A DNA stretch of 64,000 nucleotides. Origin: Octopus vulgaris. Lineage: Eukaryota. Below are positions 18,301-30,509 of this stretch, piece after piece. The position numbers and the translations under genes were made by a program. The notes beneath the pieces are model-generated. The model saw nothing but the letters and a program-made list of their open reading frames with translations, did no database searches and was not told the DNA's origin. Numbering within the stretch: position 1 is the first letter of the stretch; each line of letters starts with the position of its first letter. The stretch spans positions 8,742,001 to 8,806,000 of the forward strand of contig OX597817.1 of assembly GCA_951406725.2 (NCBI GenBank), written 5' to 3'.

Positions 18301-18603
18301 ACCACTCAAATCCGTACTGTTAACCTCATACATCATAACTAGGAAACAGTCTTGCTCGAATGCGGATTGAGTCATCATACGCACAAGCTCAAACACACAT
18401 ACTTACACGCATACACACCCTTACATGTGTGTGTGAGTGTGTGTGTATGTGTGTGTGTGTGTGTATGTCGTGTGTGTGTGTCGTGTGTGTGTGTGTGTGT
18501 GTAAGTGACTGGAAGAAAAACAGACACACGTTTCATCAGTGAAATATTTTTATTTAAAATTCAAAATTTGAAAGATGACAATTGCGGGAGATTTTGTCAA
18601 CAT

Positions 18604-18649
18604 CCTGCGCAAGGATGACACGCAAATTCGTGAAGCGTTCCATATTTTT
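18604..18649 (+). pseudogene. U6: U6 snRNA 3' fragment (46 nt) fused to SINE-B
   Basis: CCTGCGCAAGGATGACACGCAAATTCGTGAAGCGTTCCATATTTTT matches the canonical metazoan U6 3' end as I recall it. Confidence 0.93.
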
Positions 18650-18656
18650 CTTTATG

Positions 18657-19055
18657 TAGGCGCAGGCGTGGCTGTGTGGTAAGAAGCTTGCTTTCCGATC
18701 ACATGGTTCTGGGTTCAGTCCCACTGCGTGGCACCTTGGGCAAGTGTCTTCTCCTTTAGCCTCGGGCCGACTAAAGGCTTGAATGGATTTGGTAGACGGA
18801 AACTGAAAGAAGCCCGTAATATGTGTGTGTGTGAGTGTGTGTGTTTTCATGTGCGTGTATCTTTGTGTCTGTGTTTGTCTCCCCTCCATCGCTTGACAAC
18901 CGATGACAACTTAGCAGTTCGCCAAAACTTACCGATAGAATAAGTACCAGACAGACTTACAAAGAATAAGTCCTGGGGACGATTTCTTCGTCTAAAAGGT
19001 GGTGCTCCAGCATGGCCGAAGTCAAATGACTGAAACAAGCAAAAGCATAAAAGAA
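18657..19055 (+). mobile_element. SINE-B, near full length, directly after the U6 fragment
   Basis: Same head, body and tail as 16041; small internal deletion near 18905. Confidence 0.9.
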
Positions 19056-19779
19056 TCCCGAAACTGAAAGGAAATTATTACAATTGATTAGTAATGTCTA
19101 ATTCATGACATGAATAAGATATGATGAAACATCAGCTGAAATATTTGTCGGCCATTTTGACTATTTATTTCGAAAGATCTACTCTATGACGTATAAATCA
19201 GAAGCATTCCAGGCATGACTATCCCGCTTTATATATATAGGCATCATATATTGAATACTACGTTTGCTAATGAGGTCTTACGTAGCATTTTCTTTCTAAA
19301 GGGTGAGGATCAGGTGTGGGTTGAGGGAAATTGTGTTGTTATGACTAGCATGTCAAACGATTCCGGAAAGTTCCTACGCTGGCTTCTAAATCTAGGAGCA
19401 AACGTGAGAATGTAATTGTAGAATTGTGCAGTAGGCAACGTAGTGAAAACGGTTGACTGAATTCAGCGATATCTTTACAGCAGATTCTTGTGTGCATCAC
19501 CCACATGAGTGAGGCGTAATATTCCTTCGCAATAAACTAGGTGTGTTTCAGCATATTACAGTCTTCGAGTATTAAGTGGTTGAGAGACACATGTTCGAGA
19601 GAACGCTTACCTTTCATGAGATTAGCATAACTAGAGAATTTTCTTTCAGGAATACAAGTCCATACCTTCCATTTCTTTCTCGAGTATTCATTACAGCTTC
19701 TTCATGTCATGATGAACGTAAAATGGTGCTGATTCAAACGATGATACTTTTTTTCAAAAATATTTTCACAGGCACCTGC

Positions 19780-20175
<396 letters not shown>

Positions 20176-20960
20176 CTATACTCATAAGCACACATACATA
20201 CTCACACATACTCTTTCTTTTTCTCTTACACATGCACACTTGCACGCACAGACCCATACACACACACACACACAAACACACACACTCACACATCTCATTC
20301 GCTATTCAGTATGCAATCCATTTGTTTTACCTTTTCTCGAAGTAATGCTTTCGTATCGTGAATTCCCATGGTAACGAAGGCATTCACCACAATGACGTGA
20401 GCAAGTCCTCGGCCTTGAAACCGAAGACACTTCAGCAGAAAACGAGCGATCCTAAAGTGACAACTCCGTCTATGCTATACTTTCCTTTTCTCCTGCCGAC
20501 TGAAGTAACCAGGGATTAGCGTTATTTCACTGTCGCAAACGCGTATAAGACCCCGACTTAGTGCAGCGAAAAGTCTACCTTCTGTTTGTGGTTCCCAAAA
20601 ATTTAAGCCAATTAAATTAACTTGCATCAGGAGGAAAAATTAGGCGCTATAAAATACTTGCGCGTCCCAAATTATAATCAGAAATGCTTCAACGAATATC
20701 CCTCCCGAAATATTTGAACCCAAAATACGGCACAAACGGTGTTAATTAAAAGAACAAGATGACCCCGAAACTACAAACACCGCTGGTTTCGTACCAGAGA
20801 ATCTTCCTCATGTGTCCACTTTCATAAGCATGCAAATAAACAATAATATACACACATACATACATACATACATACATACATACATACATACATACATACA
20901 TACATACATACATACATACATACATACATACATACATACATACATACATACATTCATTCA

Positions 20961-22331
20961 TACAATCGTACTTGACCAAGTTTACATACATGACCCTGAT
21001 AACATCATGAAACTTCGAAGACAGCTCCTTGAGCAACACTCTTTGTCTGATAATCTAGAATACATGCCCAAAGACGTCGCTCAGCTCTACCGCCACGATT
21101 CATTAGATGAAAGGATGAGCCTGTATGAGCAGAAGACCATGCATGGATATGTCAGTAGAAAGCTCCGAGATGTTAGTAACATTGATCATGAAAGCAGTCT
21201 ATCATGGACCAATAGCCAAATTACTACCGCCCACTTTGAAGGGTTTGCGTTTGCAATCCAGAAACAGGAAATATCAACCAAGTACCTGATGGACAAAAGG
21301 GATAGAGATGCAGGAAAAGCGGTAAAGTATGATAACCGATGCAGACTTTGTGGAGCTAACACCGACGATATCCCTCACATCATAAGCAATTGTCTAAAAA
21401 TGTCATCACGGTAATATCTACTGATGAGACATGATGCTGCAGCTAGGACACTCTATAATGAAATCCATCGGAAGTATAACCCCGAGAACAAAGAAATAAG
21501 AACCCAAAGTATGGGAGAAGCCATAGCCACTCATAATAAATAGGAGTCCTGGTGGAATGTCCCAGTGAAGACGTCAATAAAATGCGAGCACAACAGACCT
21601 GATATAATGATTTGGGATCGAGAAGAGAAGCTGTGTACAGTAGTGGAAATTAGCTACTCAGCAGATGTTAACGTAAAGCTGAAGATCAGTGAAACAGAAT
21701 ACCTACGCTGAACTATTGAGAAATCTAGTTACTCTATCCAAATTACAAGTTTGGGTTTATACCTGTAATTATTGGGGCCATGGGATATGTAACACACTTC
21801 CTAAATACCGGTCTTGGAAAATTAGGCTTTTCACAACGAGGAAGGAGAAGGCTAATTCGGAGACTACAGATCCAATCCATCACTGAAACTGTAAAAATCT
21901 GTAAAAATTTCCAGGCATTTAAATATATATCAGCATGTCTAGATATGTAGCTATATGCATGAGAATATATACATAAAACAACACATACATATACATACAA
22001 TCCATCTCTAGAGCTGTAAAAATCTGTAAAACTCTCCAGAAGTTTATCATTTAAATGCATATGAGCATGTCTAGATATGTAACTATATGCATGAGAATAC
22101 ATGGATAAAACATACATATCTGCATATTCATACATATATACATACATGCATGCATGCATGCATACATACATACATACATACATACATACATACATACATA
22201 CATACATACATACATACATACATACATACATACATACCCTGTTGTTGATGTTGAAATTCCATTGAAGGAACATTGAATCTAGATTAGAAATTGGTTCTTT
22301 CTCTATTGGCAAAAAATCTTGAAATAAACTG
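20961..22331 (+). mobile_element. R4/Dong-like non-LTR retrotransposon, 5'-truncated (CCHC knuckle, restriction-like endonuclease, 3' UTR)
   Basis: EGFAFAIQKQEISTK...CRLCGANTDDIPHIISNC...RHD...HNRPDIMIWD...VVEIS; stops and frameshifts; abuts (CATA)n; 3' UTR has an about 120-bp duplication and (CATA)n. Confidence 0.85.
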
Positions 22332-22337
22332 ATTAAT

Positions 22338-22403
<66 letters not shown>

Positions 22404-22697
22404 CATAAATACAAACAAAATTACCTTTTTTTTGTCTTTGTTGCCGTACACATTCGCTAACTTTCTTACAAAGGGGCCTAATGCTCTCAGCTTAGACATT
22501 TTGGGGGGCAACTAGATCGAACCATCTCAAGTGTAACTGCCAAAAATGGTCGTGACTTCTGGTACTTGTCTGTTGAAAGAAAGCCAAGAATGCCCCGTTT
22601 TTTTTTTGCCTGTCCTTTTTATTGTTGTTTCTCTCGTCCACCTTTGCATCGTCTATCTGTCCGAACGTTTTAATGCCCTCTATTGCGTTTTTGTTCC

Positions 22698-22732
<35 letters not shown>

Positions 22733-22735
<3 letters not shown>

Positions 22736-23425
22736 ACCTCTACAAGGCGGGAACTCTCTACCAACTTCAAAACACCTCCCGTCTCTCCCCACCGCCTCCA
22801 ACCTCATTGTCCGCACCCCTTGCACCCCCACAGTTTACTTCCTCCCCCAAATCCACAAACCTAACAACCCTGGTCGCTCCATCGTCACCGCCTGCAACTG
22901 ACCCACCGAACTCATCTCCAGATCTCTTGACCGTGTCCTTGCCCCCCCTCCGTGGTTTCCCTCCCCTTTCACAACCATGACACCAACCATGCGCTTCGTT
23001 TGTTCAACTCCTTCCCTCCTGGCCCCTCTAAACTCTTCACATCCAGAGCCTTTATACGGTGATCCCACACTACGAGGAGCTGCGTGCACTCCAACATTTC
23101 CTTGACCTTCGACCCAACCCCTCAACCCGACACATCCACACTCGTTCGTCCTCTCACTCAACTGCTTCTCGTTCGTTGGTAACTTTTATCAGCAGTTCTC
23201 GGGAGTGGCCATGAAAACCAGAATGGGTCCCAACTATGCAAACCTGTTCGTTGGCTACATTGAGGCCCAAATATTCTCAAGTTTCACTGGTCCCACTCCC
23301 GAACTGTACGGCCGTTATATTGACGACTGTATCGGTGCGACCTCACTCTACCGCGAACATCTAGACCCCTTCCACTCTTTTGTCAAATCTTTCCATCCTG
23401 CCCTCCATTTCTCCTGCACTATCAC
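22733..23425 (+). mobile_element. Penelope-like element reverse transcriptase fragment
   Basis: YFLPQIHKPNNPGRSIVTAC and MAMKTRMGPNYANLFVGYIE...LYGRYIDDCIG motifs; frameshifted; follows (TA)n. Confidence 0.9.
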
Positions 23426-23901
23426 TCTCCAGGTTGTCCTAATTTCATGATCTTTGCCTGAAGTCATCGTGGCATTGCAAGATTAGTCATCGACGAACTC
23501 GATCTCGCAACAAGTTGTATTGGCTTACTTGGCAACCCAGCAACAGGTCTTCTGTTATCAGATCTCTTGCGTTTATCAAATGTCCAGTTTTGCATAGAGA
23601 TATATACATGTAGACTACACGCAAATACACAGTCATTGCATCGCGATGCACATGTATATATATATATATATATACACACATACAGATTCATATATACACA
23701 CGTAAATGTGCGTATACATTGATGCGAATATATATATATATATATATATAATACACACACGCGCATACGCACAGATTCACGTATTTACACATAAATGAAT
23801 GTGTATGCGTCGATGCATATACATGCACATACTCACGCGTACACACATACAACAGATTGACATATACACATAAATGCATGTATATGCACCAATGCGTATA
23901 C

Positions 23902-23967
<66 letters not shown>

Positions 23968-24212
23968 GTGTGTGTATATATATATGTATGTGTGTATGTA
24001 TGTATAGCATATATGTTCTTGTATGCATGACATCAAAGGTACTGGAATAATGTTCCCTTAATCGATGGTATCATTAGGATAACACGTGATGTGTAAAGGG
24101 CGAATGTACTTGTCAGAGATCCGATCCGTCTGCAACCTATTTCTTCACATTCACACAAATTCACACTGTAATTGTTATTATCAGTATTATTATTATTATC
24201 CTCATCATCATC

Positions 24213-24213
24213 A

Positions 24214-24281
<68 letters not shown>

Positions 24282-24302
24282 GTTGTTGTTGTTGTTATTA
24301 TT
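24213..24302. repeat. (ATT)n/(GTT)n microsatellite
   Basis: Direct reading. Confidence 0.95.
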
Positions 24303-24984
24303 TATCGTCTTGTAATCCGTTAGGCTCTCCAAGGAAAATTCTCCTTTTGATCTCTTCCCCTTAACTTTCGTCACACATAACTATACTCCAATGGAAAAAA
24401 AAGAGTGTGTAGTGGTGGTGGTCGTTGGGGGTGGGGGAGATAAGAAAAGGAAGAGAAATTAAGAAGATTGCATAAAAATAGAAAGGAAGAGCTATATAGA
24501 CCGTGGAATAAAATGAAGAAGAGTGAGCTGGAAGAAAGAAGCAAATAAAGATTAACGAATGAAGAAAATTGGAAGAAGAAGAAAAAAAGACAGGAAAGCG
24601 GTGGGAAATCGTAAAAAAAATATTATAAATAACTTAATAAAGCTATAAAAGAAAAAAAAACTTCTGCTGGTATTTTCTCCCCCTCTTCCATTTGAATGAA
24701 ACTGCTATTTTTTTTTTGTATCTTTTTATTATGTTGTTGTTTTCTTATGATTTTGTTTACGTTTTTCCCAGTCGTTGTGTAAGACGGTGTTGACGTCAAC
24801 GGTCACGTGATCAGAAACACATTCCGAAGAAAAGAAAGAGAAAGAGAAAGAAATTAGAAAGCAAGCCAACAAACAGGCCGCACCTTATTTCACTGTTGCT
24901 ATTCGAGTTGTTGTTGTTATTGTTGTTGTTGTTGTTGTCATTATTTAATGCTTATGTGGGCGTCTAGGTTCGTAGAACAAGAGG

Positions 24985-25316
24985 TTACAACCACCACCAC
25001 CAACACAACCACCACAACCACTATAGCACCTTCACCACAACTACCAGCACCACCTCCACCACTACCACCATCACTACCTCCACCACCACCGCCTCCACCA
25101 CCACCATCACTACTACCACCACTACCACCACCACCAACACCACCACCTCCTCCTCATCTACTACCACCACCACCACCACCACCTCCTCCTCATCTACTAC
25201 CACCAACACTGCCGCCACCGTCGCCTCCACCACCACCACCACCACCTCCACCACCACCACCACCACTATAGCACCTTCACGCCTCCACCACCACCACCCA
25301 CACCACCATCACCACC

Positions 25317-25362
<46 letters not shown>

Positions 25363-25400
25363 GCAACAGCAACAACACTATCACCAACAACACATTACCA
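24985..25400. repeat. (CCA)/(CAA) trinucleotide tract
   Basis: Direct reading. Confidence 0.9.
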
Positions 25401-25497
25401 AGATAAACCTTCTCCGACCTTGAAATAGAAGTATTTGTGTACACGGTTTCAATTCCTGATCAGAGTTAATCCCCGTAATAGCGGGTCGATGGCCCCT

Positions 25498-25710
25498 TAG
25501 ACCATTAGCATCTAAACCGGCCATAACTGCCTATTTTATGTTCAAACCAGCCAAATCTAATCTCTCACTCCCTAAATGCCATTCTGAAATTTAAAAAAAA
25601 CAACACCTTATCACAATCTCAAAGCCAGAAGATAATACAGGCTTAAATCAAAACCTGGGAATAAATAATCCTTACATTTAACAGAGGAATCTGAATGCTA
25701 AAAAGTAAAT
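25498..25710. mobile_element. Degraded MITE, piggyBac-like ends
   Basis: Inverted ends ACCATTAGCATCTAAA ... TCTGAATGCTAAAAAGTAAA resembling TTAA-CCCTTTAGCAT termini. Confidence 0.45.
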
Positions 25711-25811
25711 GGCCAACTACAACTTTTCTAGACGATCCTCATTTTAAGTCTTTGGAAACCAATTAGTTTGGTGCCGGTGTAGTATGTGAGCTACATACAT
25801 GTTTCTAGTAT

Positions 25812-26250
25812 AGCTGAGTGGCTTTGTGGTAAGTAGCTTGCTTAGGAACCACATGGTTCCAGGTTCAGTCCCACTGCGTGGTACCTTGGGCAAGTGACTT
25901 CTACTATAGCCCCGGGTCGACCAAAGTCTTGTGAGTGGATTTGGTAGACGGAAACTGCAAGAAGCCCATCGTATGTGTATATATATATATGCATGAGTGT
26001 GTATAAGTTATATATATATGCATGAGTGTGTATAAGTTTGTGTGACTGTGTTTGTCCCCCCAACATCGCTGGACAACCGATGCTGGTGTGTTTACGTCCC
26101 CGTCACCTAGCGGTTCGGCAAAAGAGACCGATAGAATAAGTACTAGGCTTACAAAGAATAAGTCCTGGGGTCGATTCGCTCGACGACTAAAGGCGGTGCT
26201 CCAGCATGGCCACAATCAAATGACTGAAACAAGTAAAAGAGTAAAAGAGT
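25812..26250 (+). mobile_element. SINE-B, full length
   Basis: Head, CORE-like segment, body and AGTAAAAG tail as in 16041. Confidence 0.9.
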
Positions 26251-26279
26251 ATCTATATTAGTTCAAATGATATATAGTT

Positions 26280-26652
26280 TGTGATCTACACCGACTTCTT
26301 GATTTACATTTAAAATTCATGTACTTCCTCGACTTTCGGTTGGTTTGGCATATAAACCAAAAAAAACTTTTATGATTTAAACACTTTTAGTTTTGAGACC
26401 ATTGTAGGAAGTCGCGATGAGAGCGAAAGAATTTTACACACAGGTTATTCGGGATGAAGAAACTGCAATAGAATTTCTCCCGCGCTATTAACTCCTTGAT
26501 GAACATGGAGATATTGATCCATGCAGCAAATATTGAGGAGAAATGGCGGAAAAACGAAGGAAAATAAGAGGTGAAGCCCGTCCTGTTTTTCGCTGCACAA
26601 AGAGTCTAGATTTAAAGTTGCTGTAGATCACAAAGGAATGTAGATCACATAC
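26280..26652 (+). mobile_element. Internally deleted DNA transposon with Merlin/ISXO2-like N-terminal relic
   Basis: From 26417: MRAKEFYTQVIRDEETAIEFL...LLDEHGDIDPCSK..GEM...VFRCTK (zinc-ribbon-like); inverted TGTGATCTACA / TGTAGATCACA motifs at 26280 and 26622-26650. Confidence 0.4.
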
Positions 26653-26835
26653 TACACCGGCACCACTAATTTTATATTAACAATATGATTAGGAGCGAGA
26701 GGAAAATAAACTTAAAATATTTCTTGGTTCAGATTTGAACCACTGCATTAAAAAAAAAAAACTTTAATAGGAAGTTTCTACTTAAACCGCTTGACCATTC
26801 TTCTGGACATAAGGGTCTTTTGTTTATTTAATGAA

Positions 26836-27000
26836 CAGGCGTAGGTTTACCAGCCACATGGTTCCAGGTTCAGTCCCACTACGTGGCACATTGGGCAAGT
26901 GACTCCTGTTTTATAACCTCGAGCCGACCAAAACCTTGTCAGTAGATTTTGTAGATGGAAAATGATTGAAGCCCGTTGTGGAAACTAATAGAAGCCCGCC
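26836..27000 (+). mobile_element. SINE-B 5' half
   Basis: CCACATGGTTCCAGGTTCAGTCCCACT...TTGGGCAAGTG. Confidence 0.75.
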
Positions 27001-27029
27001 ATGCCTGATCTTTAAATCTACAAGTTTTT

Positions 27030-27187
27030 ATTTTATCTCTGTTTATTTTCTTGTGTTCTTTTCTGTTAAAGAGCGTAGGCTCGAAACGTAAAAGACTTTC
27101 TCACTTTCCCGAGCGTCAAACTAATACACCTGCTTGTTGCTCATACACCTGTATTCATCTTTTATTTTTCTGTAAATTTCAATTATA
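27030..27187 (+). mobile_element. PLE terminal repeat fragment with degenerate minimal hammerhead motif (27057-27095)
   Basis: TTTT-CTGTTAA-A-GAGC-GTAG-GCTC-GAAA-CGT-A-AAAG; downstream sequence matches the terminus of the GIY-YIG element at 3341-3434. Confidence 0.7.
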
Positions 27188-27189
27188 TG

Positions 27190-27226
<37 letters not shown>

Positions 27227-27227
27227 T

Positions 27228-27605
27228 TTGTACTTTTACACGTTTCAGTCATTTGACTACAGCCATGCAAGAGCACAGCCTTTAGTCGAAAAAATCGACC
27301 CCAGGACTTATTCTTTTGAAGCCTATTACTATCGGTCTTTTTACCGAACTGCTAAGTTTCGGGGACATAAACACACCAACATCGGTTGTCAAGTGATGGT
27401 GGGCACCAAACAGACACAAAGACACATACACATAAACATATATACAATACGGGTTTCTTTCAGTGTCCGTCTACCAAATCCATTCACAAAGCTTTGGTCG
27501 GCCCGAGGCTATAGTAGAAGACACTTGCTCAAGGAGCCACGCAGTGGGACTGAACCCAGTACCATGTGGTTGGGCTGCAAGCTTCCTAGCATACAGTCAC
27601 TCCTC
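27228..27605 (-). mobile_element. SINE-B, full length
   Basis: Reverse complement of the family consensus. Confidence 0.85.
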
Positions 27606-27625
27606 TCTCTCTCTCTCTCTCTCTC

Positions 27626-27678
<53 letters not shown>

Positions 27679-27719
27679 GTATGGATGGATGGATGGATGG
27701 ATGGATGGATGGATGGATG

Positions 27720-27937
27720 GATGTGTATGTTCGTTTTCCATCACGGCTTGACAACCGGTGTTGGTGTGTTTACGTGTCCATAACTTCGCGGTTCAGCTTA
27801 AGAGACCAATAGAAGTATCTGGCTTGAAAAACAAAGTTGCAGGAGTCGATTCATTCGACTAAAAAATTCTTCAAGGCGGTGCCCCAGCATGGCCACATTC
27901 TAATGACTCGAACAAGTAAAAGATAAAAAGATAAAGA
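27720..27937 (+). mobile_element. SINE-B-related 3' half
   Basis: GCTTGACAACCGGTGTTGGTGTGTTTAC...CCCCAGCATGGCC...AAGTAAAAGATAAAAG. Confidence 0.8.
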
Positions 27938-27949
27938 TGAACTTTTTGT

Positions 27950-28410
27950 AAAACTGTTAAGAACCAACAGAAAATTGAGAGAAAAATATACATCGAAAGC
28001 CTTTTAGCGAAGTAATAAAAAAGTTCAGTGTTTTCTATACAGCTAGATGAAACGATTGATGTATCAATATCCTATCAATCGTTGCTGAATCCACAATATA
28101 AAAATTGACTGAGATTTAAACGACGAACTTGTATTTTATGTGACTATAGAAAACCCAACAAAAGCTCCAGATATCCTGGAAATAGTTGTTTACAATTTCT
28201 TTGGAATAAACAGTTTAAAATGGAAAAATTTTGTTAGTGCTAAGAACTGAACGTGCACCTGTCATGTCAGGTTCAAAATCTGGTTTCTTCCAAACATAAT
28301 TACGAAAAACGAAAAAAATATGTGGAGGGTAGGAGCCGTTAATGGCAACCCGAGTTCATTGCTTTATACAAAGAGACGTATTGATATCAAAGACGGTACG
28401 ACCCCTTCCT
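27950..28410 (+). mobile_element. hAT (Charlie/Buster-type) transposase relic
   Basis: FSIQLDETIDVS, APVMSGSKSGF and VHCFIQRDVLISKT motifs in correct order, frameshifted. Confidence 0.8.
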
Positions 28411-28692
28411 ACTCTGAGACAAATAAATATTGATGTATTGATACGCACACACATCCATAGATGATGCGTACATAAACTAGTTGTATACTTACACAAACAC
28501 ACTCACACTTATACATGTAACTATATACATATAGATACACACACTCACACACACACACACGCACATATAGATATACACACACACTCACACACACACACAC
28601 ACGCACATATAGATATACACACACACGCACATATAGATATACAGACACATACATATATACATATATACATATATATATATATACATACTCAT

Positions 28693-28724
<32 letters not shown>

Positions 28725-28815
28725 CACACATATACATATATGCATACACATATATATATATATTTATATATACACACACATATACATACATATACATATA
28801 TATATATACACACAC

Positions 28816-28860
<45 letters not shown>

Positions 28861-28874
28861 CATACATACATACA

Positions 28875-28907
<33 letters not shown>

Positions 28908-29756
28908 TTATATATATAGCACCTTCACCACTACCACCATCACTACCTCCACCACCGCCTCCACCACCACTATCACTGCCACCCCCACCCCACCCCGCCT
29001 CCTGTATGTATGTATATATATGTATGTACGTATATATATGTATGTATGTATATATATGTATGTATATACACACACATATATAGATACAAATGTATGCTTG
29101 ATCTCGTTCTCGCAATTCCTGTCTTTCTTCAATTCTATTCATTCTCCCTTTTAACGTGTGCTGCTATTTTTCTTATATTTTTTTTTTGCTATTTACTTCC
29201 ATCATGCTTATTATTCACCCTGGGTCCCTTGCCTTTTCTGTTTGTTTCCTTGATGTAAACCATTTTTTTAGGAAGGGTGGGACAAAAGCTGGGAGGGCTT
29301 TAGTCACGTATTTCAAGTTCAATTTCCTGCAAAACAAAAGCTGACTCACATGGATTTAGGGTTATATATATTTGTTTTTTTATTCACACATACACACGCG
29401 CATGCACTGGGACACATACACACACGCGCGCGCTCGGTAACGCACAAACAGGCACAGACACAGAAATATATATGCATGCCTGTACGTGTGTGTGTATGCG
29501 TATATGGGGATGTGATTATGTATGGATGTGTATATAGAGCTATATTTGTATATAGTGATATATTTGTATATAGTGATTTGCAGATAGTGATAGATAGATT
29601 TAAACACACACACAGACACAGACACACATGTATATATACTGTATATTCACACACACACACACACACACAGACATATATATTGTATGTGCACGCTTGTATA
29701 TGTGCATTGTATTATATTATATATATATATATATATATATAAGTTATGTATATTTA

Positions 29757-29905
29757 CATACACACACAAACACATACACACACAAACACATACACACACA
29801 CATAAACACATACACACACAAACACATACACACACACATAAACACATACACACACACAAACACACACACACACACACATACACACACAAACACATACACA
29901 CACAA

Positions 29906-29972
<67 letters not shown>

Positions 29973-30215
29973 CTCACACACATACACACACAAACACATA
30001 CACACACAAACACATACACACACACACAAACACACACACACATACACACACAAACACATACACACACAAACACATACACACACAAACACATACACACACA
30101 AACACACACAAACACACACACACACAAACACATACACACACAAACACATACACACACACACACAAACACATACACACACAAACACATACACACACACTCA
30201 CACACATACACACAG
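29757..30215. repeat. (CA)n-derived higher-order repeat, about 16-bp unit CACACACAAACACATA
   Basis: Direct reading. Confidence 0.9.
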
Positions 30216-30509
30216 ACGACGCACGCGTGTGCATAGAACCTTCACTTCATTTCTTTTTCCTTTACTGAAAAGATAAGTTATTGATTTCCCTTGCTACATC
30301 CAATTGACAGCGTTATAAATGTTTGGAGTGTAACTGGAGCGAAATTAGCAAATAATACAATTGCTATACGTGTACAAAGAGCATGAAATAGCAACAGCCA
30401 CAACAACAAAAATAACAGCAAGATCTACCACAAGAGTAACAACAACAACAACAACGAAAACTTAGAAATAAACAAAAACCAAAAGAAACACACGGATCAG
30501 GGAGCGGGT

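Noticed and set aside
19200-19700. CR1/L2-like RT remnant
   Set aside because: Only a vague resemblance in translation; insufficient support.
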